From an uncultured Ignavibacteriales bacterium (GTDB taxonomy: Bacteria; Zixibacteria; MSB-5A5; GN15; JAAZOE01), in assembly GCA_964549765.1 (NCBI GenBank), contig CAZJWR010000006.1, positions 36,487-100,486 on the forward strand: 64,000 bases of DNA. The letters are read 5' to 3'. The position numbers and the translations under genes were made by a program. The notes below the pieces were generated by a model. That model ran no database searches and had not been told where the DNA came from. It worked only from the letters and a program-made list of their open reading frames with translations. Shown here piece after piece: positions 56,149 to 63,650 of the stretch (positions are counted from its first letter, which is position 1; each line of letters opens with the position of its first letter).

Positions 56149-56931
56149 ATGCCGGCGAACATATTCGGAAGTTTCAAGCGGTTTGTATACGAAATAGACC
56201 AGCTGACCCGTTTCAGCTTCAAGATGATATTTTCTCTTTTCGGCCGTCCCATTTATGTTTCGGAAACGATGGAACAAATATATCTGGTCGGCATCGGCTC
56301 GCTGTTTCTGGTGACGCTGACGGGTATTTTCGCCGGGCAGGGGCTGGCCCTGCAGACATCCAACGAGATGGCCGAGATGGGGTCGAAATTCTATCTGGGG
56401 CGGATCATGACCATCGCTGTTATCCGCGAACTGGGCCCGATTCTCACCGGCCTCATGGTCGCCGCCCGCGTGGCCGCCGGTATTACCGCCGAAATCGGCT
56501 CCATGAAATCCTCCAATCAGCTCGACGCCCTGACGGCGTTCGGCGTCGATCCCATCCGCAAGCTGGCCGCGCCGCGATTGATCGCGCTTTTTACCATGGT
56601 GCCGGTATTGACCATCGTCTGCGACGTTATCGCCATCCTGGGCGGGTGGGTGATCGCCATTTTTGTCTCGCACATCACGTCGGCCATCTACTGGTCGGCG
56701 GTCAGGGACCGTCTCACCTTCGGGAATGTTTTCATGGGTTTGAGCAAACCGTTTGTGTTCGCTTTTGTCATCGCCTTCATATCCTGTTACAAGGGATTCA
56801 CCACCAAGGGCGGTACCAAGGGCGTCGGCCGTTCGACCAATGAGTCGGTCATGTTTTGTTCGATCACGATTCTTATCGCCAATTATGTCATGACCAAAGC
56901 TGTTTGGGCGGTTATGCGGGGTTACCTATGA
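56149..56931 (+). CDS. mlaE: MlaE-family ABC transporter permease
   Basis: Motifs QLYLVGIGSL, VIRELGPILTGLMVAARVAAGITAEIGSMK and QLDAL are typical of MlaE/Ttg2B. Confidence 0.9.
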   Translation: MPANIFGSFKRFVYEIDQLTRFSFKMIFSLFGRPIYVSETMEQIYLVGIGSLFLVTLTGIFAGQGLALQTSNEMAEMGSKFYLGRIMTIAVIRELGPILTGLMVAARVAAGITAEIGSMKSSNQLDALTAFGVDPIRKLAAPRLIALFTMVPVLTIVCDVIAILGGWVIAIFVSHITSAIYWSAVRDRLTFGNVFMGLSKPFVFAFVIAFISCYKGFTTKGGTKGVGRSTNESVMFCSITILIANYVMTKAVWAVMRGYL

Positions 56932-57695
56932 TCACTTTCAATAACGTGACATATGGGTATAACGACGCGGCCGTTCTCCATGATGTAAGTTTCGATATTC
57001 CCGGCGGCGAGAGCCGGGTGATCATGGGGCCGTCGGGATCGGGCAAATCGACCATCCTGCGTCTGATACTGGGGCTGGACTGCCCCTGGTCGGGCTCGAT
57101 ACTGGTCGATGACAAAGACATTTGCAGCATGAGGTTCAAAGAGCTGCGGGAATTGCGAAAGCAGATCGGGATGGTTTTTCAGGACGGGGCGCTGTTCGAT
57201 TCGATGACGGTCGGTGAAAACGTCGGGTATTATTTATTCGAAAATACCGACCGCCCCGATGAGGAAATCGAGAGCGAGGTGCGGCAGATGCTGGAGTTCG
57301 TCGATCTCGACCCGGATATCATCGATCGCCTGCCGGAGGAATTGTCCGGCGGCATGCGGCGGCGGGTGGCGGTGGCGCGGGCGCTGGTGTCGACCCGGCC
57401 CAAGATCATGCTGTTCGACGAACCGACCACCGGGCTTGATCCCCAGGCCACGGAAAGCGTCTTGGAACTTATTATCAAACTTGTGACGGTGGAGAATATT
57501 TCGGTCATCGTGGTGACGCATCAGATAGCGGATGCGCTGAAGCTGAGCGACAAATTCATCGTTATACGCAACGGGATATTGGTATTCGATGGCAATATGG
57601 ATCAATTGCGCGATTCGACCGTGCCAGATGTGATTGACTTTATGGCGCCTTTCAAGAATTCCGTCAACGAAGTGGTACAGAAAAAAATGGCCTAA
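56928..57695 (+). CDS. mlaF: MlaF-like ABC transporter ATP-binding protein
   Basis: ATGA overlap with mlaE. Walker A GPSGSGKST, signature LSGGMRRRVAVARAL, Walker B IMLFDEPTTGLD. Confidence 0.92.
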   Translation: MITFNNVTYGYNDAAVLHDVSFDIPGGESRVIMGPSGSGKSTILRLILGLDCPWSGSILVDDKDICSMRFKELRELRKQIGMVFQDGALFDSMTVGENVGYYLFENTDRPDEEIESEVRQMLEFVDLDPDIIDRLPEELSGGMRRRVAVARALVSTRPKIMLFDEPTTGLDPQATESVLELIIKLVTVENISVIVVTHQIADALKLSDKFIVIRNGILVFDGNMDQLRDSTVPDVIDFMAPFKNSVNEVVQKKMA

Positions 57696-57707
57696 TGGGA
57701 TGAAGAT

Positions 57708-58643
57708 ATGAAACGAACCGGGAAAATAAAATGGGGCAACATGTGGATCGGCATACTGGTAACATTCGCCATCGCCGCCGTGTTGTACAGTTCGTTCGGT
57801 GGCGGCGGGGTGTCGATCTTTGAACCCAAGAATGTAGTAGTTGCTTATTTTCAGGACGTTAACGGATTGGCCAAGGGCGCATCAGTGCGTCTGGCGGGCG
57901 TGGAGGTGGGAACCGTCAAATCGGTCAAATTCGTCAATCTCGACGTGGCCCGCCGGCTTGAAGTGAAGCTGAGTGTCAAAGAATCGGTCTGGCCGTTGAT
58001 TACCTCCGACTCGAAGGTGCAACTGGGGACGCTGGGGCTTTTGGGTGACAAATACATCGAGATCTTTCCCGGGACGCCGGGTTTGCCCGTCGTCAAGCCG
58101 GGGACGGTGTTGCAGACAGTCCCGGAGGTCGGCCTTGATGCCCTGGTCCGAAAACCACCGGAAGTGACCAACTCCATCGATTCGATTCTTCTGAATCTGC
58201 GGGATATCACGACCCAAATCGCCCGCAATGAGGGCTCACTGGGCAAGCTGATATCCGATACCGGCCTCTATCAGAAACTGGTGGCGGCGCTCGACCGGAC
58301 CACCGACGTGATGACGGAATTCAGCCGCAACCAGAAGACCATCATGGAAGAACTCGAAACGACACTGGATAACACGGCCGGGATCACCGGACGAATCGAT
58401 CGCGGCGAGGGCAGTCTGGGCAAGCTTATTACCGACGATTCCCTGTATGACAACCTGAGCAGTTCGAGCCATCGACTTGACTCCATTCTGGCCATGATCG
58501 AAAACGGCGAGGGCTCGGCGGGAGCTTTGATAAATGACGCCCGGTTATACGAGGAAATCCGCGATCTCGTGACGCGCATGAACAATCTGGTGGCGGATAT
58601 CGAGAAGAACCCGCATAAATATCTGAAATTTTCGATATTCTAA
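57708..58643 (+). CDS. mlaD: MlaD-family (MCE domain) substrate-binding protein
   Basis: N-terminal TM anchor, then the MCE domain (GLAKGASVRLAGVEVGTVKSV, LLGDKYIEI). C-terminal coiled-coil repeats (EGSLGKLI twice). Confidence 0.88.
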   Translation: MKRTGKIKWGNMWIGILVTFAIAAVLYSSFGGGGVSIFEPKNVVVAYFQDVNGLAKGASVRLAGVEVGTVKSVKFVNLDVARRLEVKLSVKESVWPLITSDSKVQLGTLGLLGDKYIEIFPGTPGLPVVKPGTVLQTVPEVGLDALVRKPPEVTNSIDSILLNLRDITTQIARNEGSLGKLISDTGLYQKLVAALDRTTDVMTEFSRNQKTIMEELETTLDNTAGITGRIDRGEGSLGKLITDDSLYDNLSSSSHRLDSILAMIENGEGSAGALINDARLYEEIRDLVTRMNNLVADIEKNPHKYLKFSIF

Positions 58644-58667
58644 TAGTGAACGGGCGGAGGGATCGCG

Positions 58668-59111
58668 GTGGTGGGGACGGATAAACGTCTGACAATCCCG
58701 GCGGCGTTCGCCGCATTGACCGTCGCACAGCTTATTCACAGCATTGAAGAAGTGTGGGCTGGCCTGTATACGTGGCTGCCCCGGGTCACCGGCTATCTGC
58801 GCGGCAAGTTTGATACCATTCCGCAACTCAGCGTTTCCCGGACGAGATTTGCGTTCGCGAATATCGTCGTCGTTGCGTTTATGGTGGCGGTCAGCATTCT
58901 GCTGTTTCGGCGGGTTTCCTGGGCGGTGCGTGTCGCCCGAGCCATAGCCTTCGTGGAAATACTGAACGGTATTGCGCATCCGGTCGCGATGATAATCATG
59001 CGACGCTATTTCCCGGGAGCGTTTTCCGCCATCGGGCTGATTATTTTCGGCGTGCTGTTTCTCCGCGCCGATTATATTGAGCGAGCTGGGTCACATTTGG
59101 ATGAATCATAA
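58668..59111 (+). CDS. HXXEE-domain membrane protein
   Basis: HSIEEVW motif in the first helix and four predicted TM helices. GTG start after GGAGGG. Confidence 0.7.
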   Translation: MVGTDKRLTIPAAFAALTVAQLIHSIEEVWAGLYTWLPRVTGYLRGKFDTIPQLSVSRTRFAFANIVVVAFMVAVSILLFRRVSWAVRVARAIAFVEILNGIAHPVAMIIMRRYFPGAFSAIGLIIFGVLFLRADYIERAGSHLDES

Positions 59112-59125
59112 CCCCGAGGTGCATC

Positions 59126-59470
59126 ATGGCTTACGTGGATTGGTTCTATTCCCGGCCGGGTTGAAAGACGACGGCCCGAGCGCGGGAGTTTCTCGCCGCC
59201 AATAGCATCACCATCAAAAGTGAAGAAAGCACTCGAAATATCCGTTACGGAGAAAAGGAATCCGCGGTATTGTTGAAGGGGATTGCGCACCTGTATACGG
59301 CCAAGGGCAAGAAGGTCATCCGGGTCGATTTATCCGGTCGAAAGCCGGAGCAATCGACAGCAGCGATGCTGCTGGGGCCGTCGGGATATCTCCGGGCGCC
59401 GGCTATGCGCAAGGGAAGTACCTTCATGGTCGGTTTTGATGAAGAAACCTATCGAAAGTTGCTCCTATAA
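59126..59470 (+). CDS. ArsC/Spx/YffB-fold thioredoxin-like protein with an in-frame TGA at the redox-Cys position (candidate selenoprotein, 114 aa)
   Basis: ATG at 59126 after GAGGTG. Reads MAYVDWFYSRPG-TGA(59162-59164)-KTTARAREFLAANSITIK...LRAPAMRKGSTFMVGFDEETYRKLLL, a single frame with no other stop. Aligns with Spx ([17 protein letters not shown] ... RRP...VGYNEDE). The ORF track shows only the 59270-59470 C-terminal fragment. Confidence 0.6.
59182..59199 (+). promoter_or_regulatory. SECIS-like hairpin candidate downstream of the UGA
   Basis: GCGGGAG-UUU-CUCGCCGC: six or seven base pairs with a bulged G. The apical loop begins with G about 23 nt after the UGA. Folded by eye only. Confidence 0.3.
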
Positions 59471-60241
59471 ATGAATGAATCTCCTATTGCGAAGGGCGGC
59501 GATCCGCCGGTAATCGATTTTGCGTGGGGCCGGCGCGGGGCAAAGCGGGCGGCGGGACGGGGCGATATTGTCGTCATCGTCGATGTGTTGAGTTTTTCCA
59601 CGTCGGTGGCGTTGGCCGTTGAGCATGGCGCATATATATATCCCGGCCGGATGGATGACGATCCGGAAGAAATAGCTCGCCGAATCGGGGCGGAGGGGGC
59701 CGTCAAGCGACCGGATGTGCCCGAAAAGGGACGATTCTCCCTTTCACCGTTGACCTACCTTGATATTAAACCGGGAGAAAAAGTAGTCGTGGTGTCCCCC
59801 AATGGGGCCACCTGCAGCGATATCGCGATGAATGTTTCGTATGTTTTTGCCGGAGCACTGGTGAATGCGGAAGCGGTGGGCAAAACCGTGTCGCGCCTGG
59901 TCAGTGAGCGGAACCTGAAAGCCACCGTCATCGCCTGCGGCGAGCGAGAACGTGTTTCCGGAGGGGGAACGAAAATCCGCTGGGCGGTCGAGAGTTATCT
60001 GGGGGCGGGGGCGATTCTGTCCTACATCGACGGGGGCAAATCGGCCGACGCCATAGTCTGCGAAGGCGCCTTCGTGCAGAGCCGGAGCCGGTTGCCCGAA
60101 ATACTCCATGCCTGTCAGAGCGGGTGGGAATTGAGTTCTCGTGGCTTCGGTGGCGACGTCGATTATGCCGCTCAGTTGAATATTCTGGAATGTGCCCCGA
60201 TATTGCGGGCCGGTCGATTCGAGAGTTACCGGTCGGAGTAA
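59471..60241 (+). CDS. 2-phosphosulfolactate phosphatase (ComB) family protein
   Basis: The start directly abuts the upstream stop (TAAATG). The VVIVDVLSFSTSVALAVEHGAYIYP motif and overall length match the ComB family. Confidence 0.85.
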   Translation: MNESPIAKGGDPPVIDFAWGRRGAKRAAGRGDIVVIVDVLSFSTSVALAVEHGAYIYPGRMDDDPEEIARRIGAEGAVKRPDVPEKGRFSLSPLTYLDIKPGEKVVVVSPNGATCSDIAMNVSYVFAGALVNAEAVGKTVSRLVSERNLKATVIACGERERVSGGGTKIRWAVESYLGAGAILSYIDGGKSADAIVCEGAFVQSRSRLPEILHACQSGWELSSRGFGGDVDYAAQLNILECAPILRAGRFESYRSE

Positions 60242-60368
60242 TCATCATCCGCGTGGCAGACTTCCTTCCAAGTACCAGGAATTATTTTTCGGTTCAATCA
60301 GGCGAATAGGAAACAGATTCGGCCTGATGGTTGTTATAGTGAAAAATTCAGGAACAGGAGAGAACAAG

Positions 60369-60572
60369 ATGAAAAATAATACACATAGTGTCGAGCGGTT
60401 TATTCGGGTGATCGTAGGGCTGTTTGTATTATCGCTGATTTTTTGGGGCCCTAAGTCCCTTTGGGGATTACTGGGGCTGATACCGCTGCTCACGGGGTCG
60501 ACCGGCTGGTGTCCATTATATACTATTCTGGGAATATCTACCAAGGGGCATAAGGAACAAGTCAATCATTAG
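60369..60572 (+). CDS. DUF2892 (YgaP-like) small membrane protein
   Basis: 67 aa. The ERFIRVIVGLFVLSL...GLIPLLTGSTGWCPLYTILGIS pattern, including the conserved GxCP, is typical of DUF2892. The ATG at 60369 follows GGAGAGAA. Confidence 0.8.
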   Translation: MKNNTHSVERFIRVIVGLFVLSLIFWGPKSLWGLLGLIPLLTGSTGWCPLYTILGISTKGHKEQVNH

Positions 60573-60628
60573 TCATAAGTTCTCGTCATCTGGGGATCAC
60601 CCTTCATCGACGAGCTTCATAAAATGAC

Positions 60629-60652
60629 CGGCGGGGCCGAAGGGCCTCGCCG
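60629..60652 (-). terminator. Terminator hairpin after the Cys-rich peptide gene
   Basis: 10-bp GC-rich stem (one G-U pair) with a GAAG/CUUC loop. On the minus strand it is followed by GTCATTTTAT. Confidence 0.5.
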
Positions 60653-60671
60653 AATCGCATCTACCGGATTT

Positions 60672-60929
60672 CTAGAAGGGATCCGAGCAACATCCAATCC
60701 ATGTGCAATCGCATGGTGCGCCGGTGAAGACGTTCACCCCGCCGCATACTTGATAGTAGTACGGTTGCGAGGGATTCGCGCACAAGGGCCCCGTCTCAAA
60801 AGTACAGACGTTATAATCCGGTTGAGCCCGGCAGGTAAATATGATGGCATTGGCATTAACTGCCGTCAAACCGGCCGCAAAACCGAACGCCAGCGCGAAT
60901 AGCACTGCATAAGTCGCCAGTTTTTTCAT
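60672..60929 (-). CDS. Small secreted cysteine-rich protein (85 aa precursor, 8 Cys), unknown family
   Basis: Perfect AAGGAGGTGA RBS 4 nt before the ATG at 60929. Signal peptide MKKLATYAVLFALAFGFAAGLTAVNANA. Mature part IIFTCRAQPDYNVCTFETGPLCANPSQPYYYQVCGGVNVFTGAPCDCTWIGCCSDPF. Confidence 0.75.
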   Translation of the reverse strand: MKKLATYAVLFALAFGFAAGLTAVNANAIIFTCRAQPDYNVCTFETGPLCANPSQPYYYQVCGGVNVFTGAPCDCTWIGCCSDPF

Positions 60930-61127
60930 AAGTCACCTCCTTGTGAGTTTTGAAATGATGCCGAATTATCCGCATTGCGTCCAACACGCGTCCTACGATA
61001 ACCGATGATCATCGGGTTGTAACCTCAGCCCAAAAACTCAATGCCGCATGAGCAAAACGTCCCGATAGGAATAATCAAGACACCTGCCCCGAATCAGATG
61101 AATTTATGTTTGTCGAAAATGCCCGTT

Positions 61128-61172
61128 GTGCCGACCCATTATTGCCCGTCACCGGGTTCAGGTAATCGGCAC
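61128..61172 (-). other. Structured element in the putative long leader of the Cys-rich peptide gene
   Basis: Minus-strand RNA: GUGCCGA ... CCCG-GUGA-CGGG ... UCGGCAC. 7-bp outer stem and 4-bp inner stem capped by a GNRA tetraloop. Confidence 0.3.
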
Positions 61173-61197
61173 GATGCCTGCTCTTCACTACGCTGGA

Positions 61198-61226
61198 ATC
61201 ATAATCGGTATTGTGAGTGAAGTCAA
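61198..61226 (-). promoter_or_regulatory. sigma70-like promoter candidate about 260 nt upstream of the Cys-rich peptide gene
   Basis: On the minus strand, TTGACT (61226-61221), 17-nt spacer, TATGAT (61203-61198). I found no better -35/-10 pair closer to the start codon. Confidence 0.5.
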
Positions 61227-61325
61227 TAGAATTTTGACCGCCTTCAGACGAATTTGAAAGGATGCTGAATACAGATTACGTCAAAACAATAGCAAAGAAT
61301 GGATCGCGATAAGAGGGAATGCGAT

Positions 61326-63650
61326 TTACGCCGTCTTCACTTGGCAGTCAGCGAGCATCAGGTTCAGGATTTTGAGGGTCATCGATTTGCCGTGGTCGCC
61401 GAGTTCCAGCGGCGGGCCGGCGCATGACGGGCAGCCGTCGCCACATCCGCAACCCATGAGGTGTTCCTTGCAGGCGATGAAAATATCCGGGACCATGCGA
61501 TACATCTTCTCGGCAAAACCGACGCCGCCGGGAATATTGTCGTACACATAAAGTGTCGGTGAGCCGTGAAAGGGATCGCGGACGCGCGACAGGGCGCGGA
61601 TATCCTGCGGGTCGCACATAAGCCACAACGGCGCGATTTTCTGCAGCAGATTCGCCACGCCGCGCAGACCGCCGCCGAGACTCGATTCGGTCAGGTTGGC
61701 GGTGACAGCCAGATCGTACGGGAAACGATACCAGAAGGCGGTCGTGTGCATTTCCTGTTCGGGCAGGGCCACCCGCCCGGAACCGACGTTTTCATGAGTA
61801 TGGAATTTGACTTTTTTAAACAGCACGACGACTCGCGTCAGGGCGATATCGCCGTGGCCGATGACGGGCAATGAATCGATGTCGTGGGCGACGTCGGGTT
61901 CGTCGTCGGGAACAAGTTCCCGTTCCTCGTCGGCCTCGAGCATCTTGAGATCGGTTTTGGATTCGGCATCGGTGTAATAATCGATATCGACCTCTTCGAC
62001 GTACGCTCGGCGGCCATCCCAATCGAGTTCCTTCACCTGGAAGGTATTTGCGCCGTGAAGGTAGATCGCCTCGGGATGCAAAAGTTCCGGCGCGGCGAAA
62101 TAGTCGATCTCCCCGATGACGCGGTCGTGGTCGGAACGGTTGAGAATGACGAAATTCTCCGGCGAGGCCGACCGCAGCGACACCTCGTTGGCGGGGTAGA
62201 TATCCGACGACCAGTAATACTTGTCGCCGGTCTTGCGGACGATCTTGCGTTCCTCGAAGTAATCGAGAATATCATCGACCGGGTCCGGCTCGATCTTTTC
62301 ACCCATCCACACCGGCAATTCGAACGCGGCGCATTTGATATGGCTGGAACGGATGATCAGATTGTCGGGATCGATAATACCTTCCTCCGGCGAGCGCTGG
62401 AAGAAATACTGGGGATGCGACATCAAGAACTGCGGCAGGGGAGACGACGTGGCGACCATAATGGCCGCCGAAACGCCGGTTTTTCGTCCGGCCCGCCCAG
62501 CCTGCTGCCAGACGGACGCGATGGAGCCGGGAAAACCGCACAAAATGCTAACATCGAGCGAACCGATATCAATGCCGAGTTCGAGCGCATTAGTGGATAC
62601 CACCCCGACGATTTCGCCGGTGCGGATACCATGCTCGATGGCCCGGCGTTCGTTGGGCAGATAGCCGCCTCGATACCCGGCGATTTTTATCCGCCCGGCC
62701 TTTTTGCCGGCGAACCGTTCCTGCAAATAGCGGAGAATGATCTCCACCTGCATGCGATAGCGGCCGAATACGATGGTCTGGATACCCTGGCTGATGAATT
62801 TCGACGCGATCCGCTCGGTTTCATTGACCGACGATTTACGAATCCCCAATTCGGCATTGATCACCGGCGGGTTATAGAAGATAAAATGCTTTTCTCCCGC
62901 GGGGGCGCCGTTGTCGTCGATTTTCTCGACGGGCGCTTCAATCAACTTCGACGCCAGCTGATCGGGATTGGCAATGGTGGCCGAACAGCAGATGAATTGC
63001 GGCGAGCTTTCGTAGAAATCACAAATACGCTTGAGCCGCCTGATGAGATTCGCCAGATGCGAACCGAATATTCCCCGATACTGGTGGACTTCGTCGATGA
63101 CGATATATTTCAGATTCTCGAACAATTTAATCCATTTGGTATGATGCGGCAGAATCCCGGCGTGAAGCATGTCGGGATTGGTGACGACGATATGCCCGGC
63201 CGACCGTATGGCGCGGCGGGCGTCCTGCGGTGTGTCACCGTCGAAGGTATAGGTGCCGATTTGCACGTCGAGGTCGGTGATCAAATCGTGCAGTTCATTG
63301 ACCTGATCGGCGGAAAGCGCTTTGGTGGGAAACAGGTACAGCGCCCGCGTCTCCGGCTCAGCCATAATGCGATTGATCACGGGAAGATTATAGCAGAGCG
63401 TTTTCCCTGACGCGGTGGGGGTGACGACAACGACGTTCTTCCCGGCGTGAATCGCCTCCAGGGCGTCGGACTGATGAGAATAAAGCGCCTTGATGCCCCT
63501 TCGGGTCATCGCCTTGGTCAGGCGCTCATCGATGAAACCGGGAAAGGGGCGGAGTTTGGGCGGCCGGGGCGGGATGGTTTCCCAGTGAACGATGCCGTCG
63601 CGGGTAGCGGGATCGCTCCGGAGCGATTCCAAAACCTGCACCAGATTCAT
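61326..63650 (-). CDS. DEAD/DEAH-box helicase with C-terminal DUF1998 zinc domain (MrfA/YprA-like)
   Basis: Motif I TPTASGKT, motif II DEVH, motif III SAT, motif VI QQAGRAGR. C-terminal CGCGDGCPSC four-Cys DUF1998 signature. The N-terminus resembles B. subtilis YprA as I recall it. The ATG at 63650 overlaps the upstream stop (ATGA); the ORF-track start is 63692. Confidence 0.92.
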   Translation of the reverse strand: MNLVQVLESLRSDPATRDGIVHWETIPPRPPKLRPFPGFIDERLTKAMTRRGIKALYSHQSDALEAIHAGKNVVVVTPTASGKTLCYNLPVINRIMAEPETRALYLFPTKALSADQVNELHDLITDLDVQIGTYTFDGDTPQDARRAIRSAGHIVVTNPDMLHAGILPHHTKWIKLFENLKYIVIDEVHQYRGIFGSHLANLIRRLKRICDFYESSPQFICCSATIANPDQLASKLIEAPVEKIDDNGAPAGEKHFIFYNPPVINAELGIRKSSVNETERIASKFISQGIQTIVFGRYRMQVEIILRYLQERFAGKKAGRIKIAGYRGGYLPNERRAIEHGIRTGEIVGVVSTNALELGIDIGSLDVSILCGFPGSIASVWQQAGRAGRKTGVSAAIMVATSSPLPQFLMSHPQYFFQRSPEEGIIDPDNLIIRSSHIKCAAFELPVWMGEKIEPDPVDDILDYFEERKIVRKTGDKYYWSSDIYPANEVSLRSASPENFVILNRSDHDRVIGEIDYFAAPELLHPEAIYLHGANTFQVKELDWDGRRAYVEEVDIDYYTDAESKTDLKMLEADEERELVPDDEPDVAHDIDSLPVIGHGDIALTRVVVLFKKVKFHTHENVGSGRVALPEQEMHTTAFWYRFPYDLAVTANLTESSLGGGLRGVANLLQKIAPLWLMCDPQDIRALSRVRDPFHGSPTLYVYDNIPGGVGFAEKMYRMVPDIFIACKEHLMGCGCGDGCPSCAGPPLELGDHGKSMTLKILNLMLADCQVKTA

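Noticed and set aside
59270-59470. The ORF-track 66-aa fragment as a stand-alone gene, or the locus as a pseudogene
   Set aside because: The TTG start lacks an RBS. The upstream 35 codons in the same frame are clearly ArsC/Spx-like, and the 12 codons before the single TGA have a proper RBS and ATG. A pseudogene cannot be excluded, but a single TGA exactly at the redox-Cys codon favours Sec recoding.
60672-60929. Cys-rich peptide as a RiPP precursor
   Set aside because: No radical-SAM, lanthipeptide, YcaO or peptidase-transporter maturation genes are adjacent. A Sec signal peptide plus an even number of Cys points to a disulfide-bonded secreted protein instead.
61884-63410. 508-aa ORF on the plus strand
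   Set aside because: It is antisense to the DEAD/DUF1998 helicase, which has all the helicase motifs. This is a shadow ORF.
61326-63650. DUF1998 helicase as part of a DISARM- or Druantia-type phage defence system
   Set aside because: Its size (about 775 aa) and N-terminal similarity fit the MrfA/YprA repair helicase class rather than DrmA or DruE. No methyltransferase, PLD nuclease or other defence partners are visible in the sequence available. This remains open only because the upstream region is outside the window.
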